DNA from: Octopus vulgaris
Taxonomy: Eukaryota
Assembly: GCA_951406725.2 (NCBI GenBank)
Contig: OX597840.1
Span: 40,114,001-40,178,000, forward strand
Reading direction: 5' to 3'
Length of the DNA: 64,000 bases
Shown here: one piece after another, positions 12,740 to 26,758 of the stretch
Layout: each line of letters begins with the position of its first letter
How positions within the stretch are numbered: position 1 is the first letter of the stretch
The notes under the pieces: model-generated
Told to the model about the DNA's origin: nothing
Database searches by the model: none
Seen by the model: the letters and a program-made list of their open reading frames with translations, nothing else
Position numbers and translations under genes: made by a program

Positions 12740-12982
12740 ATGTTTCGGCCTCAAAGCTGCGGTCATACTGGAGTATCACCTTTGACTGAGCTACACTATT
12801 ATTTGAAGGTCCTTCTGATGTGTGGTATTTGGTCAATGAGGGGGTTTGATGCTGCTGCCCTCATCTGTGTTTCTTGCCGTGGGGTAGGCACGTCTGGAAC
12901 CCTCGACAGGAAGTGATTCTCTTTTGTTTTGAAGACACTTCCATGCACACTGTAGAGGTCTCTCAGGTATTTTGGAAGGATA
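12740..12982 (-). mobile_element. CR1-type LINE 3' fragment (ORF2 C-terminus plus 3' UTR)
   Basis: Translates ILPKYLRDLYSVHGSVFKTKENHFLSRVPDVPTPRQETQMRAAASNPLIDQIP, paralogous to 57043-57250. Confidence 0.75.
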
Positions 12983-13079
12983 TATATATATATATATAAA
13001 GAATGCAAATAACGGGACAAGAACGCATCAGGCGACAACAACACATCCAGACAGTTACATGACACAAAAAGTGACAGGA

Positions 13080-13222
13080 AAAAACAAGCACGGGTCATTC
13101 GGAGTTTTCTTTCGCCAGTCGTGTTCCAGATTATCTTTGCAGTTTCAGCTGGCTATATTCGAGACTGCTCCAATCTGGCCAGCCCCAAGGAAAATCTAAG
13201 GTAAGAGCACTATATTTCTTGG
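13080..13222. repeat. Interspersed repeat, same family as 55055-55192
   Basis: Shared GGTCATTCG...GGCCAGCCCCAAGGAAAA.CTAAG...GAGCA.TA.ATTTCTTGG; both copies sit between (TA)n tracts. Confidence 0.75.
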
Positions 13223-13312
13223 AAGAAAGCAGCGAATGTATGCGAAAGCAAGGACAGAAAAAAACAAAGAAATGGTACACAAATACTAATGCAAACAACA
13301 GGTATGTTACGA

Positions 13313-13376
<64 letters not shown>

Positions 13377-13453
13377 TACACGCATATACACACACACTCA
13401 CGCACGCTCGCACACAAAAGGCGTGTACGCACGTATATGTACTCAGAGATAGA

Positions 13454-13628
13454 TATGAGGTGATATCAAAAAGGACTAGGTATGTCTAATAATAAATAAG
13501 TTATTTACCTAGGTTTTAACAGCAGTTCCTTCAAAATAGTCGCCTTGCGCAGCAATACGCTGTTTCCAAAGTCCCTGCCACTTTTGGAATCCGGTCAGGA
13601 AGTTGTTTTCCGTATGCGAGTCGAGGAC
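13454..13628 (-). mobile_element. Mariner transposon 3' end (transposase C-terminus plus TIR remnant)
   Basis: Minus strand [37 protein letters not shown] matches the mariner C-terminal FQKW..RW..CI..QGDYFEG motif. TATGAGGTGATATCAAAAAG resembles a mariner TIR terminus. Confidence 0.75.
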
Positions 13629-13644
13629 CTTCTGGGATTTGTAC

Positions 13645-13746
<102 letters not shown>

Positions 13747-13960
13747 CTCAAAGTTAGTTGAGTGTGAAGTTGGGGCATTTCCAGAGAAGTACTCAACCAG
13801 AATACTGGGCTGTATGCACCCTGCGCTTTGAGAGATTCACCTCCACCGCGTCAAATGGCAATCTAGCAGTGTACAATTCCGGCACGTTCATTGAGTATAC
13901 GTGCCCGATAATGTTTACAACGCTAGCGCTGCTTCAAATCTTCAATTTCATATTTGAGTG

Positions 13961-13991
<31 letters not shown>

Positions 13992-14689
13992 GTATGTATA
14001 TGTGTGTGTCTTCGAGCCTGTCTTAGTCCACTACTTCCGCTTAACAACCGGTGTCTGTTGATTTTCATCCTCCTAACACAGCAATTTGGCAAAAGAGACC
14101 GATAGAATGAGTTGTAGGCTTTCAGACGTGTGATTACCGGGGTCGATTTGTTCGACTACAAATGAAACTTCCTGTCGCTGCCCCAGCATGTGCGCCGTCT
14201 GAAGACCGAAAAAAGAAAAATAATTTTCTTAAAAAAAAGATAAACAACTATATCTATAAATTTATATCTTTAATAACCAACATCTGTGATAAGACAAAAG
14301 AAAATTAAATTGTTTGGATGGAAAAATAATACATTGTTTTTAATTTTTCTTCCTCAAAATTTTGGACAAAGCATTTTGAAATGTCAAGCGTACTTTTAGA
14401 TTTCTTTTAAGTGAAGTTTACAAGATGGTTCTGTCAACATTTAAATGAAGAATGTTTGGTTATGAGGCTTTTGTTTTAGATTTACCTCAAGAGAAAAAAA
14501 TTTCTATTCAAATATGGTTATTAAAAACTAAATTGTTATTCTTTGTGAAATAGCTACATCATATTCTGTAAACCGCAAACTGGTGAAGACGAAGAAAATG
14601 CTAATTTTTTTTATATTACCATAAAGCATTCTGGGGGTGTAGGAATGATAATCTTTCTGATGACAGGAAACTGAAATTCTCAGATCTAC

Positions 14690-15030
14690 ATGGCAGTCTG
14701 TGGAAAATATCAGAATGGTTTAGAACTTCTGAAAGAGCAATACAATCAGGGTGAAAAGAGGTGGTTTTACCGAAAAAGATGTGCTAAGAACCTTCTTTTA
14801 ACCAAAAAAACCATTAAGGGTAGAAAACACGTTTTGGCTAAACATAGTAGCTATGACTACGTTCCGTTTCCTATAGAAAGATAAATAAATATTGAAAGTG
14901 AGTGATAATGTCCCAGGAGAAAAATTTGTCCCAGGAGAAAACATTTTCAAACAGAGATCAACATTGGGAAAGTATGAAACATGATTGGGGCGATATTGGT
15001 ATATTGTTATGGATGGCCAGGGCTATGACA
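14690..15030 (+). pseudogene. Possible highly degenerate Tc1-like transposase fragment
   Basis: AAGAACCTTCTTTTAACCAAAAAAACC (KNLLLTKKTIKGRKHVLAKH, compare KPLLT..H...RL.WA..H) and a downstream WG-like motif; frameshifted. Confidence 0.3.
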
Positions 15031-15669
15031 GTTGAAACAAAGTATTAGGTTTTCCGTCTGTGACGACGGTAATCAATCGGTTGTCCAACTGAATGCATTC
15101 TTTTTCTTGTATATCGCTGAGGATTCAACAGAGAGAGGGGTGTCCATAAAGAAAATATGAAACCGACCCAGTGTGACATCAAGAGAAAACGTGGACGCAG
15201 AATCACCCCTAGCACCGATAAAATATTTCAATTAGCAACTACGGACGCCAACCTTATGATTTGAACGCAAGTTTCAGAAGCCGGAACGAATACTTCGAGA
15301 TACTCTATTTCATGATTTAACGACTGTGTTTCGGTTTTGTTGAGCTAAAAATTGCAACGGGAACAAAGGTGGAGTCGAAATGTATCATGTTTGTGATACG
15401 TTGTTAAACTTTATAAATTACAATGCGTTATTTGTGTTTGAAAGATACCTGATTCATTTCATACAACTGCATATGGAATTGGTGTGTGACGTACATATAT
15501 TTCATAATAAATGAAGAACGTGTGGTTGAGGTATTCTGAAATGAGTGAAATCAACATGTACCTCCTCATCATATTTTAATAACATACCGTTTAATTGCCT
15601 TTGAATATATATAATAGTGTAGATTTAGACACAAGAGAAAATTACCCTATAGCAGGTAATTTTTACACG

Positions 15670-15730
<61 letters not shown>

Positions 15731-15993
15731 CATGTATGTATGTATGTATGTATTATGTATATGTATATATATCTTAAGTGCACAATGGGAAATTGTGCAA
15801 ATAACTAGTTTTATTTTAAATAAGATTTGAACCTTGGTAAGAGGGTAAATGATATGAAAAGTCAATTTTGTAAGAAATCTCTAATTGGACGACCTCAGAG
15901 GATATCTATACGGAGAAGTAATAAAGGGAGACAATACACACACAGATACATATATACATACATACCTGCATACATACATACATACATACATAT

Positions 15994-16098
<105 letters not shown>

Positions 16099-16111
16099 TT
16101 TATTTATTTAT

Positions 16112-16164
<53 letters not shown>

Positions 16165-16680
16165 AGAGGGAAAACTGAGGGAGATTGACAGAAAAAGAGA
16201 GAGAGGGACAGAGTGAGACAAGGTCGAATGTAGCAGTGATGTGTGTTGTTTCAATGAAATTTGAATGGAATAAGAAATAAATTAAATATATTTTGCCGTT
16301 GTGGAGATTGATGAATTAAGATTTCTATATTGATATTTGTCGCAGGTCTCTGCACGACAAAGAGTAAAACGGGCGAGGTGTTTGTGCTTGGTAACAGCAT
16401 TGTTTGTACGCACGTGCCCGTCTGCATGGATATATATATATATATATATATGTAATCTATACTTATATTTATGTTTACTTATGTTTATATTCTCTTTTAT
16501 ATATAGTCTACTTATTATACAACATTACTCTTTTATGTACATTCCTTTATGTACACTGATTTGTTCTGTTTTTTATACTTAACCCTACAGTCTCTTATGT
16601 GGTGGTTTAATGGGGTGTGTGATTGAGTGTTGTCTGGTGGTTGATGTTTGATTTGGATGTATTTCTCCATTTTCTTATCT

Positions 16681-16717
<37 letters not shown>

Positions 16718-16724
16718 TCTTTAC

Positions 16725-17110
16725 TCTCTTTTACTCTTTTACTTGTTTCAGTCGTTTTCACTGCAGCCATGCTGGAGCACCGCGTTTAGTCGAGCAAATC
16801 GACCCTGAGACTTATTATTTGTAAGCCCAGTACTTATTCTATCGGTCTCTTTTGCCGAACCGCTAATGATGGGGACGTAAACACACCAGCAATGCTAGAG
16901 GGACAAACACAGACACACAAACATAAAGAATATACATACATATATACGATAGGCTTCTTTCAGTTTCCGTCTACCAAATCCACTCACAAGGCTTTGGTTG
17001 GCCCGAGGCTATAGTAGAAGACACTTGCCCAGGATGCCACGCAGTGGGACTGAACCTGGAACCATGTGGTTGGTTAGCAAGCTACTTACCAAACAGCCAC
17101 TCCTGCGCCT
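16725..17110 (-). mobile_element. SINE family B, full length
   Basis: Head GGCGCAGGAGTGGCTG..TGGTAAG...GGTTCAGTCCC, CORE-like CTGGGCAAGTGTCTTC, internal (TA/TG)n, tail CCAGCATGGC..CAG..ACTGAAACAAGTAAAAGAG repeats. Confidence 0.9.
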
Positions 17111-17133
17111 ATATATATATATGTATATATGTG

Positions 17134-17196
<63 letters not shown>

Positions 17197-17504
17197 ATGT
17201 GTGTTTGTATCGTGCTGTGCCTTTGTAGGTGTATACATATATACATACATATATATATATATATTATATATATATATACATACATACATATATATATATG
17301 TACGTATGTATGTACATATATCTCAGTGTTTACATACAAGCATGTGTGTGTTTGTGTTTGTGTGTATGTATGTGTATACGTATGTTCATTAGCATGCATA
17401 CACACTCACCATCGCGTGCACTCAAAAATACATACTTATATTGATGTACATTCACGTCTTTTCTCACGCTGTCACACACGCACACACACACACACAGATA
17501 CATA

Positions 17505-17590
17505 CACACCAACCTTGAGGCAGGAAGCTCAGATAAGGGCAACAACACCAAACTCCTTCATTCACCAAATGCCTCATATCAGAGAAGGTA
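17505..17590 (+). mobile_element. Short CR1-type LINE 3' fragment
   Basis: TPTLRQEAQIRATTPNSFIHQMPHIRE, paralogous to the 12800-12900 and 57050-57130 fragments. Confidence 0.65.
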
Positions 17591-17793
17591 TACATATGTG
17601 TAGTATATATATAGTGATTGCTTTCTCTTGACAGAAGATAGACGTCCTATCAACACATACACCACACCCCTTCACACAGCACAATCCCTCCGTTGATGAG
17701 CCCTGAAATTACTCTTAAGGCTGACAGGGTTTAAAACACAAGTGACAGATATTCAAATTTCTTTGCCCTTTCGAATCTGGTTCTGAAGGAATG

Positions 17794-18260
<467 letters not shown>

Positions 18261-18335
18261 AATAGATAGATAGATATATCGTGTATCACCTAACTGTATC
18301 CCGGTCCAGATGTTTAGCGTGCTTCTCTCAGTTTG

Positions 18336-18381
<46 letters not shown>

Positions 18382-18486
18382 AATTAAAGTGATATCAGAC
18401 TGGAAAGAGGGCTACCTCTTTCGTAAATATCGAAACCGCGAAGCGCCAATTCGTAATTGACTCCTTTCACACTACGCGGCACATCT

Positions 18487-18565
18487 ACCACAACCAGCAG
18501 CAACGCCACCACAAGCCAGCAGCAACGCCACCACAAGCCAGCAGCAACGCCACCACAAGCCAGCA
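18487..18565. repeat. 22-bp tandem repeat CCAGCAGCAACGCCACCACAAG x ~3.3
   Basis: Units start at 18494, 18516, 18538 and 18560 (partial). Confidence 0.95.
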
Positions 18566-19069
18566 CCCACTCGCAACCCCCCTCCAACCCACCCACCGCC
18601 GCCCTTTTAAAACTTAAATACTAAACTTAATCGATCAATTTCCTCCATTTCTTTCATGTATGACAACTTCCATAGCAGAAATAAATCTCAATTAACCCTA
18701 ATCGTTTATTTGCTGTCTCTCAATCTTTACAAACCCATCCAGATTGTTCGACTAATGTATCGTTAGCTTCATACTATTCGCTTTCTCTACGATTTTAATT
18801 CTATATTTATTTTGGATTTTATTATTTGTATATATATATGTATTTTTTCATTCATTATATATGTGTTTTTCTTTATATATTTTTGGTTCAGGGAAGTTAT
18901 TTCATAGTTTTTGTTTTTTTTGTGACTTCGGGTTTTTTGGGGTTTTTTTTAGTTACTGATGTTTGTTTTCTCAATTTAATCTCTTTTAATCCGAAACTAA
19001 TCTAAACTACATTTCCGTAGTAACAGCACGCATCTTCATATAGATATAAATGCAAACGCAAACACCTAT

Positions 19070-19111
<42 letters not shown>

Positions 19112-19713
19112 TTATACAAATACAATTATAAATAAACTAGCACAGATATACAAGCTTTGACGGTAAATGTGTGTGTATTGATGTATTATATATATATATA
19201 TGTGTGTGTGTTTAAATATGCAAATAAACACACACCCAACCACCCATACACACACACACACACACATATATATATACATATACATTCGTGTATATTTATA
19301 AACAGATATGTATATCAACTAGCAGTATGATTAATGCAGATATGTATATATATATATATATTCATATTCATATATACACATTAATATACTTGTGTTTGTA
19401 TGTTTGTGTGTGTGATATACACATATAGTTTGTATATTTACACATAAATGTATAGATGTATGATATATATTTACACATACACATACATATATATATTTGC
19501 ACACTCATATGCACAATATATGTGTATGTATGTCTATGTATATATATGTATATATAGACACACTCAAACGTGCATACACAAATAACACTCACACACACAC
19601 ATACACACATATATGAATATATGAAACTGCTTAAAGAAAATATAAATACTTAAATATATTCATCCACACACTTATATACATTTATACATAAACACAGACA
19701 AACACAAACATAC

Positions 19714-19746
<33 letters not shown>

Positions 19747-20549
19747 AAGCATATATAACGTATGCATTATGCATACACGGATAAATAAGCATACCTACAA
19801 GCAATGTGTTGTACACATAAAGACACATTTGTAGATAAGAAGGAAAATGCCACTAAAAATAATTATGAAAAATATCTCATAAACAATTATATACTATGCA
19901 AAACAAAACATCAAATTGTAAATATGTAACTGATAAGAATTCATCCCCCAACCCCCACACCACCACATACACACACATTCAACTCCACCACACACACACT
20001 CACCCCCACCACACACTTATGCACAGAAGAGAGCAAAAACAAACATATTCACTAAAAAACAAAATGGCGTATAAATTCAAGAGTTTTCCCTCCATCTTTC
20101 ACCCTCTTTCTTTCGCTCCCTCTCTTTCTTTGCTTCGTTCAATATCTAGTTTTACTTCTGTATCTATCGCATTATTTGAATCTGTTGCATAGTCAGAAAA
20201 ATTAGACTTGTATTGGTATTAGTCTTCCTTAATTGACAAATAGATTTTGTCAAATAATATTTTGATTTCAGATTTAAATTGCCATTTTCCTTAATTCCAA
20301 CACTAATACCAATTGATCAAATTTGAAATATTTGACAGATAAAAATGATAAAATGGTGGCTACAAAGATATGTGATCTGAAGATTGTTGTATTATTTTGT
20401 TTTTATTTCGCTACAGTTTTCTAGTTTTATTACTACAAGAGTGCATATAATCTTTTATGATAATTATTGCTTTCGTGTTTCTGCATGGGGTAGAGTGGAA
20501 TCTGTTGGTAACTATTGTTCAAAAAAGAAATCATTATTATTTTTATTTT

Positions 20550-20552
20550 TAT

Positions 20553-20599
<47 letters not shown>

Positions 20600-20606
20600 A
20601 TACTTC

Positions 20607-20642
<36 letters not shown>

Positions 20643-20742
20643 TAATAATAGTGCTACAGCGGCTCCTGCTGCTACTGCTACCACCTCTACTGCTTCTAAT
20701 ATTATAATAATATTTCAATATATTTTTATCACTGTTGATATA

Positions 20743-20825
<83 letters not shown>

Positions 20826-20845
20826 TTTATTTATTCATTTAATTA
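20550..20845. repeat. (ACT)n/(AAT)n/(ATT)n/(ATTT)n arrays
   Basis: Directly visible. Confidence 0.95.
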
Positions 20846-20849
20846 TTTA

Positions 20850-21325
20850 TTATCTTCTAACGCTGGATATGAACTAGGGTGCCAGCGGTACTAAGGTAAC
20901 ACACCTTATTTTTCGAGCACCTTCGGGAGTATTCGAACGGTTGCAAGCAGTGCTGTTGTCTGCAAGTACTCCACCTTTATTGCAGCCCCTATTTGTTCCA
21001 TGTACATCTCAAGATTTTTACTTACTGTTCCCAGGGCTTCGACAGTTATTCGTACTGCTACCACCTTTTTCATCGACTACAACTGCTTAACTTCCCAAGC
21101 TAACCTGTCATATCCCTCGACTTTTCTTTCTTCCTTATCGCATACCTTGTTATCAGCTGGGCATGCTATATATACGATCCAGCATCATTCGCTTTCTTTC
21201 TCAATTAAAACTAAGTCTGGTTTCCTATTTTCTATCTCATGGTCGCACTGAATCATAAAATCCTACAGGATCTTTGCATTATCATTTTCGATGATGCCTT
21301 CGCGTTTATGTTCGTACCAATTTTT
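20850..21325 (-). mobile_element. R4/Dong-type non-LTR retrotransposon 3' end (restriction-like endonuclease pseudogene)
   Basis: Minus translation WYEHKREGIIENDNAKIL*DFMIQCDHEIENRKPDLVLIEKESE*CWIVYIACPADNKVCDKEERKVEGY...ALGTVSKNLEMY...QTTALLATVRILPKVLEK* (stop 20906-20908). This has the RLE KPD...K..Y layout, with in-frame stops. Confidence 0.85.
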
Positions 21326-21519
21326 CCCATAAACTCACATCCTCCATTAAATGGACATTGCGGCACAGTTGCACATGTGTGCCATGCGTCAGATGTAACG
21401 GTCGCAGAGCAACATAAAACGAAGTGATTTTTTCTCGAAACCACTACCACCTGAATCGAAGCCATGCAGTGTCCAAATCAATTCTATCATACACCTTTAC
21501 ATATGTACAGATATATATA

Positions 21520-21737
21520 TTTCTTCACTACCCACAAGGGACTAGACATAGAGAGGACAAAAAAGGGGATTAAGTCGATTACATCGACCCCAGTGCGTAA
21601 CTGGTACTTATTTAATCGACCCCGAAAGGAAGAAAAGCAAAGTCGATCTCGGTGGAATTTGAATTCAGAACGTAACGGCAGACGAAATAACGCAAAGCAT
21701 TTCGCCCGGCGTGCTAACGTTTCTGCCAGCTCGCCGC
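21520..21737 (-). mobile_element. SINE family A, full monomer
   Basis: Complete head to tail; candidate TSD TATGTACA.ATATATA at 21503-21518 and 21740-21755. Confidence 0.9.
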
Positions 21738-21849
21738 GTTTATGTACAAATATATATACAAATATACATATGTGTATACGTGCGTTTGATGTGTATATAT
21801 AAATGCGTCTTCATATATGTATACATAGTTCATAAGAACAAACAGAGAA

Positions 21850-21990
21850 TATCGATCCCCAGGACTGATTCTTTGTAAGCCTAGTACTTATTCTATCGGT
21901 CTCTTTTGCCGAAGCGCTAAGTTACGAGGATGTAAACGCACCTGCATCGGTTGTTAAGCGATGTTGGGGGGGACAAACACAGACACCCAG

Positions 21991-22051
<61 letters not shown>

Positions 22052-22252
22052 ACATATATACGACGGGCTTCTTTCAGTTTCCGTCTACCAAATCCACTCA
22101 CAAGGCTTTGGTCGGCCCGAGAATATAGTAGAAGACACTTACCCAAAGTGCCATGCAGTGGGACTGAACCCGGAACAATGTGGTTGGTAAGCAAGCTACT
22201 TACCACACAGCCACTCCTGCGCCCATGCTTACCACACAGCCACTCCTACGCC
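21850..22252 (-). mobile_element. SINE family B, lacking the extreme 3' tail, with duplicated 5' end
   Basis: Matches the family consensus; CTTACCACACAGCCACTCCT.CGCC occurs twice. Confidence 0.88.
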
Positions 22253-22667
22253 TATATATGAATGTATGTATACAAATGTGTGAACGCGTGTGAGAGCACG
22301 CTTGTATATACATTGTATATACAAACCAATGCATAAAAACGTTCACCCTTCCTTTTTCGCTTCTATTTTTCTGCATATATCAGTATTCATGTATGTATAA
22401 ATGTATGTGTGTGTGCGTCTATGTGTTTGTATGTGCGTTTGTCTGCGTGTGTGTTTGGGTATATATAATCTTTATACATCCCGGTATATTTATTTATGCA
22501 TATATTCTTTCATTTGGCTCTCCATGAGCTGCGCCCTGCCTGAATCTAGTTTGTTGTAGGAATAATTTCTCTGCGTGCAACCGCATACGTATCACCTGAC
22601 CTACCATCAAACGAACCATTTGCCAACAAGGAAACAAGCGATCAATACGAGGCCAATATCAAAGACG

Positions 22668-22911
22668 TTGAGCTGGCAAAAGTGTTAGCACGCCCGGCGA
22701 CATGCTTAGCGGTATCTTGTCTGCCGTTACGTTCTGAGTTCAAATTCCGCCGAGGCCGACTTTGCCTTTCATCCTTTCGGGGTCGATAAATTAAGTACCA
22801 GTTACGCACTGGGGTCGATATAATCGACTTAATCCGTTTGTCTGTCCTTGTTTGTCCTCTCTGTGTTTAGCTCCTTGTGGGTAGTAAAGAAACAGGTATT
22901 TCATCTGCCGT
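22668..22911 (+). mobile_element. SINE family A
   Basis: Head plus body plus start of a second unit (GGTATTTCATCTGCCG). Confidence 0.88.
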
Positions 22912-22919
22912 TGAGTTCT

Positions 22920-23130
22920 TGACAGCCTGTATACTAGAAATAGACGTCAAAATGAAAATATACGAAATAAAAAACGTTTTTCATTTCGTATATTTTCATT
23001 TGTCTAGCTTATTTTTACGCTTTGCTTTTTTGCTGAATTTTTTCTTGAGAACACATTCTCCGTGGAAAATGGTGATTTCGAAATCTATGTTTAGCATACA
23101 GGCTGTCCACTTTTAGTGGTCAATCCTCTA
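22920..23130. repeat. Internally inverted repeat element (family of 9300-9460)
   Basis: GACAGCCTGTATACTAGAAATAGA vs TCTATGTTTAGCATACAGGCTGTC, and AAATGAAAATATACGAAAT vs ATTTCGTATATTTTCATTT. Confidence 0.7.
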
Positions 23131-23228
23131 CATTTTGTATGTAAAAAATTTTTTAATCTTCGGATTTTTTAAATATGGTAGGCAACTGGTTTAATTGATT
23201 AATATCAATTTCTACCCTTATTTAATTT

Positions 23229-23289
<61 letters not shown>

Positions 23290-23292
<3 letters not shown>

Positions 23293-23430
23293 GTCGACTT
23301 TGCCTTTCATCCTTTCGGGGTCGATAAATTGAGTACCAGTTACGCACTGGGGTCGATGTAATCGACTTAATCCGTTTGTCTGTCCTTGTTTGTCCCCTCT
23401 ATGTTTAACCCCTTGTGGGCAATAACGAAA
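23290..23430 (+). mobile_element. SINE family A, 3' part
   Basis: GAGGTCGACTTTGCCTTTCATCC...CCCTTGTGGGCAATAACGAAAT. Confidence 0.88.
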
Positions 23431-23469
23431 TATATATATATATATATAAATATATATTATATATATCTA

Positions 23470-23517
<48 letters not shown>

Positions 23518-24157
23518 AACTCCTCGTTGATCAAACTTCCTTTTTCTACCTCATTCTTCATGGATGGACTAACACAAATATATAAGGATACCATGCATTC
23601 ATCACTTCAAGCTAAAACTTATATTCTTTAAATATCATTTTTACTATTGTTGTTATTACTATCATTTTTATTATATATGATATAACAATCTGAAATGTAA
23701 TTCTCTATGCAAATTTATATAATTAAAAAATAATATAAATAAAGTGTTAAAATCTGAAAGTTAAATTAACAAACAATTATATAAAAAAGATAATGCAAAT
23801 GAAACTAAAATGATAATTTTATAATTTGGGGTTTATTAGCAGCCTTTGTTGAAGAACTCAAAAGAGTTGTCTCCCCTTATTCACAACACAGGAACTGAAG
23901 AACCACAATTACTACTACTTCCTGTTTTGCCAACATCCTAAATTAAACCAAACAACAGATGGTCTTAATCCCATTGGATCCTAATACCTCAAGGTAATTT
24001 TTTCGTGAACAATCATTAAACTCAAGATACACAACGAACTCACAATGTATCGGAGTACTTATTTTTTAATTTTTATACATATTTATTATTATTCTTTTGC
24101 AAAAAACAATGCAACTTTTTTCCCCTTTCTCATTTTTAAAAAGCTTTTTCACCTAAC

Positions 24158-24200
24158 TATTCTTGATAAGTCAAACTATGACGAAAACCGGTTCTGAATA
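24158..24200 (+). ncRNA. Hammerhead-like motif, U3-A8 core variant
   Basis: TATTC-TTGATAA-GTCA-AACTA-TGAC-GAAA-ACCGGTT-CT-GAATA; one extra nucleotide before stem I. Confidence 0.5.
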
Positions 24201-24334
24201 AATATATATTTATATATTTTATCAATTTCTCATTTCATTAAAATTTTCTTTCAATTTAGCATACTGCATTTTTACAATTTTTCCTTGCTTATCATTTCTC
24301 CACGTGCGGTCAACACAACCCCACCATTTATTGA

Positions 24335-24426
<92 letters not shown>

Positions 24427-24517
24427 GGGGAGAATTCATGAAAAAAACAAAAGACGAAGACAGGTGGTGTTTAAAGCAAACAGATGTATTAGTATAACGC
24501 TCAGGAATTGAAGACAT

Positions 24518-24553
24518 CTTTTACGTTTCGAGCCTACGCTCTTCCACAGAAAG
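24518..24553 (-). ncRNA. Minimal hammerhead motif (A6 mutated)
   Basis: CTTT-CTGTGGA-A-GAGC-GTAG-GCTC-GAAAC-GTA-AAAG; perfect stems I and II. Confidence 0.55.
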
Positions 24554-24589
24554 GGATACAGAAAAAACAAGGAGAGAAAAAATATATAT

Positions 24590-24669
<80 letters not shown>

Positions 24670-26306
24670 GTACATACATATATATTCAAATTGGCACCAG
24701 CAAACCTGGCATCAGTCTAACTGTTCCTACAGAAATATATTCTACACTATGCCAACTGCCGAAATCCTCAATTTTCTACTATGTGTTGCATACAATGAAA
24801 GAAACGACTTCACTGAAAGTAAAACAATCAGATAAGTTGAACAGATCAGCAGGGGTCTAAATACTTTCACCTTCTAAATTTCTATAAAATTCACTTCCCG
24901 TCTGACCCCCGAGCATTTCATGTGGTGGAAATAGAAAGAGTTTTGAAGCTGAGTCATTCCGCTTTCAGACATTTACACCTCAAAGTAAATGTGTTGAGCT
25001 GTTCATCCTTTCATCTTTTCATCCACATCTGTGTGTATATATGTGTATACTTGTATGTACACCCACATATATATATATAAGTGCATATATATATATATAT
25101 ATACATATGTATATATATATATATGTACATGTGTGTATGTGTGCGTTTGCGCGCGCGTTTGTATGTATGTAAATTAATGTTTGCCTTTATGGTACAATAA
25201 AAATAGGTTTCCATCAAATTGAAGTATTGCTCATCAAATTGAAGCATTTGGTAATGTACACATTTATTCTTCTTTAACAAAAATAATTTTGAGAGTGACT
25301 TCGAAGTTCCTCTTGGCCGTATATAGTTTCTGATAAGTTGAAAATTCCTAGAACATGTTGTATATTAGTCTGTGGTGGTAAGATGGTATGTCGAAAATTA
25401 ATTGATTAAATTTGGGTGAGTGTTTATGGTTAGAACTTACTTCTGCTTGTATAGCTTTGTAATTAGGCGCGTATGTTTAAATGCGTCATGTTTAGGTCAA
25501 CGTGTATATTTGCATTTATACGCAAGGGGTTTATCTACAGATTCACTCAGCCGACTTCCGTACACGTAACCAGATTACCCAAAGTGCTAACCCCGTAACT
25601 TCACAGCTTTGCTGGAATGTGTATGTGAGCGTGTTTGTGTGTGTGTGTCTTTATTCACGTTTACAGCGATTTTTAAAAAAATTTTTAAAAGATTATTTCC
25701 TCTTAAATCTGTGACCTTTGACATCTTATTCTCCAGACTCTTGGTACTTCTCCAATATCCTACTGTCATTCTGTAATCCTAATATACTTATCTTTCAACC
25801 CCAGTAAACATTCCATCTCCCTCCGAAGAAAAGTCCTGTTGGAATCGTTAAATCTCACTTCTTCCTGACGGTATAAGATTTCTTCCGCTGTTTGATTTAA
25901 ACTTTACATTTTACCGACAAAGAATATGATTGGATTCTCTTTACCAGCATGGCGAGTTTAATCCAATTGCAGATCAGCTATCATAAATAGGATACTATTC
26001 TTGTACACTTGTACAGTATCGTCTATGGACGCTGGGAGGAGTGATTGAATAATTTACGAAACGTCTAGCCTTACGATTCCCGAATCAGATTCGAAAAGCG
26101 CCATTGATTTTAGTGTCAACCATTTAATCGCATTAAATCTGTCCATTTCTCCATTTTGAAGTGAATAACTATAATACAAGACTTCCTACTTGAAATATTT
26201 CGTGAGAGATATTGCTCAATCTTTCTCAGTGTAAAGACGGATTTTCTCTTTCGGTACCAACAATGATTCCAGCCAAAAATGGAAATCAAAGTTTTCAAGT
26301 TAGTAA

Positions 26307-26725
26307 CTTCATCATCAGTCATATTCAACTTCATCAGTCATACATTTTATTCTTATACATTATTCTTATAAATTTTATACATTTATTCATTTAGTCATAT
26401 GCATTTTATTCATCAGTCATATTCAACTTCATCAATCATATACATTTTATTCTTATACATTATTCTTATAAATTTCATACATTTATTCATTTAGTCATAT
26501 ACACTTTATTCATCAGTCATATTCAACTTCATCAGTCATATACTCTTTTACTCTTTTAGTTGTTTCAGTCATTTGACTGCGGCCATGATGGAGCACCGCC
26601 TTTAGTCGAGCAAATCGACTCCGGGACATATTCTTTGTAAGCCCAGTACTTAATCTATCGGTCTCTTTTGCCGAACCGCTAAGTGACGGGGACGTAAACA
26701 CACCAGCATCGGGAGACAAACACAG

Positions 26726-26758
<33 letters not shown>

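Noticed and set aside
14652-14686. CTGATGA...GAAA motif
   Set aside because: Stem II is only 2-3 bp and stems I and III are out of register; compatible with chance.
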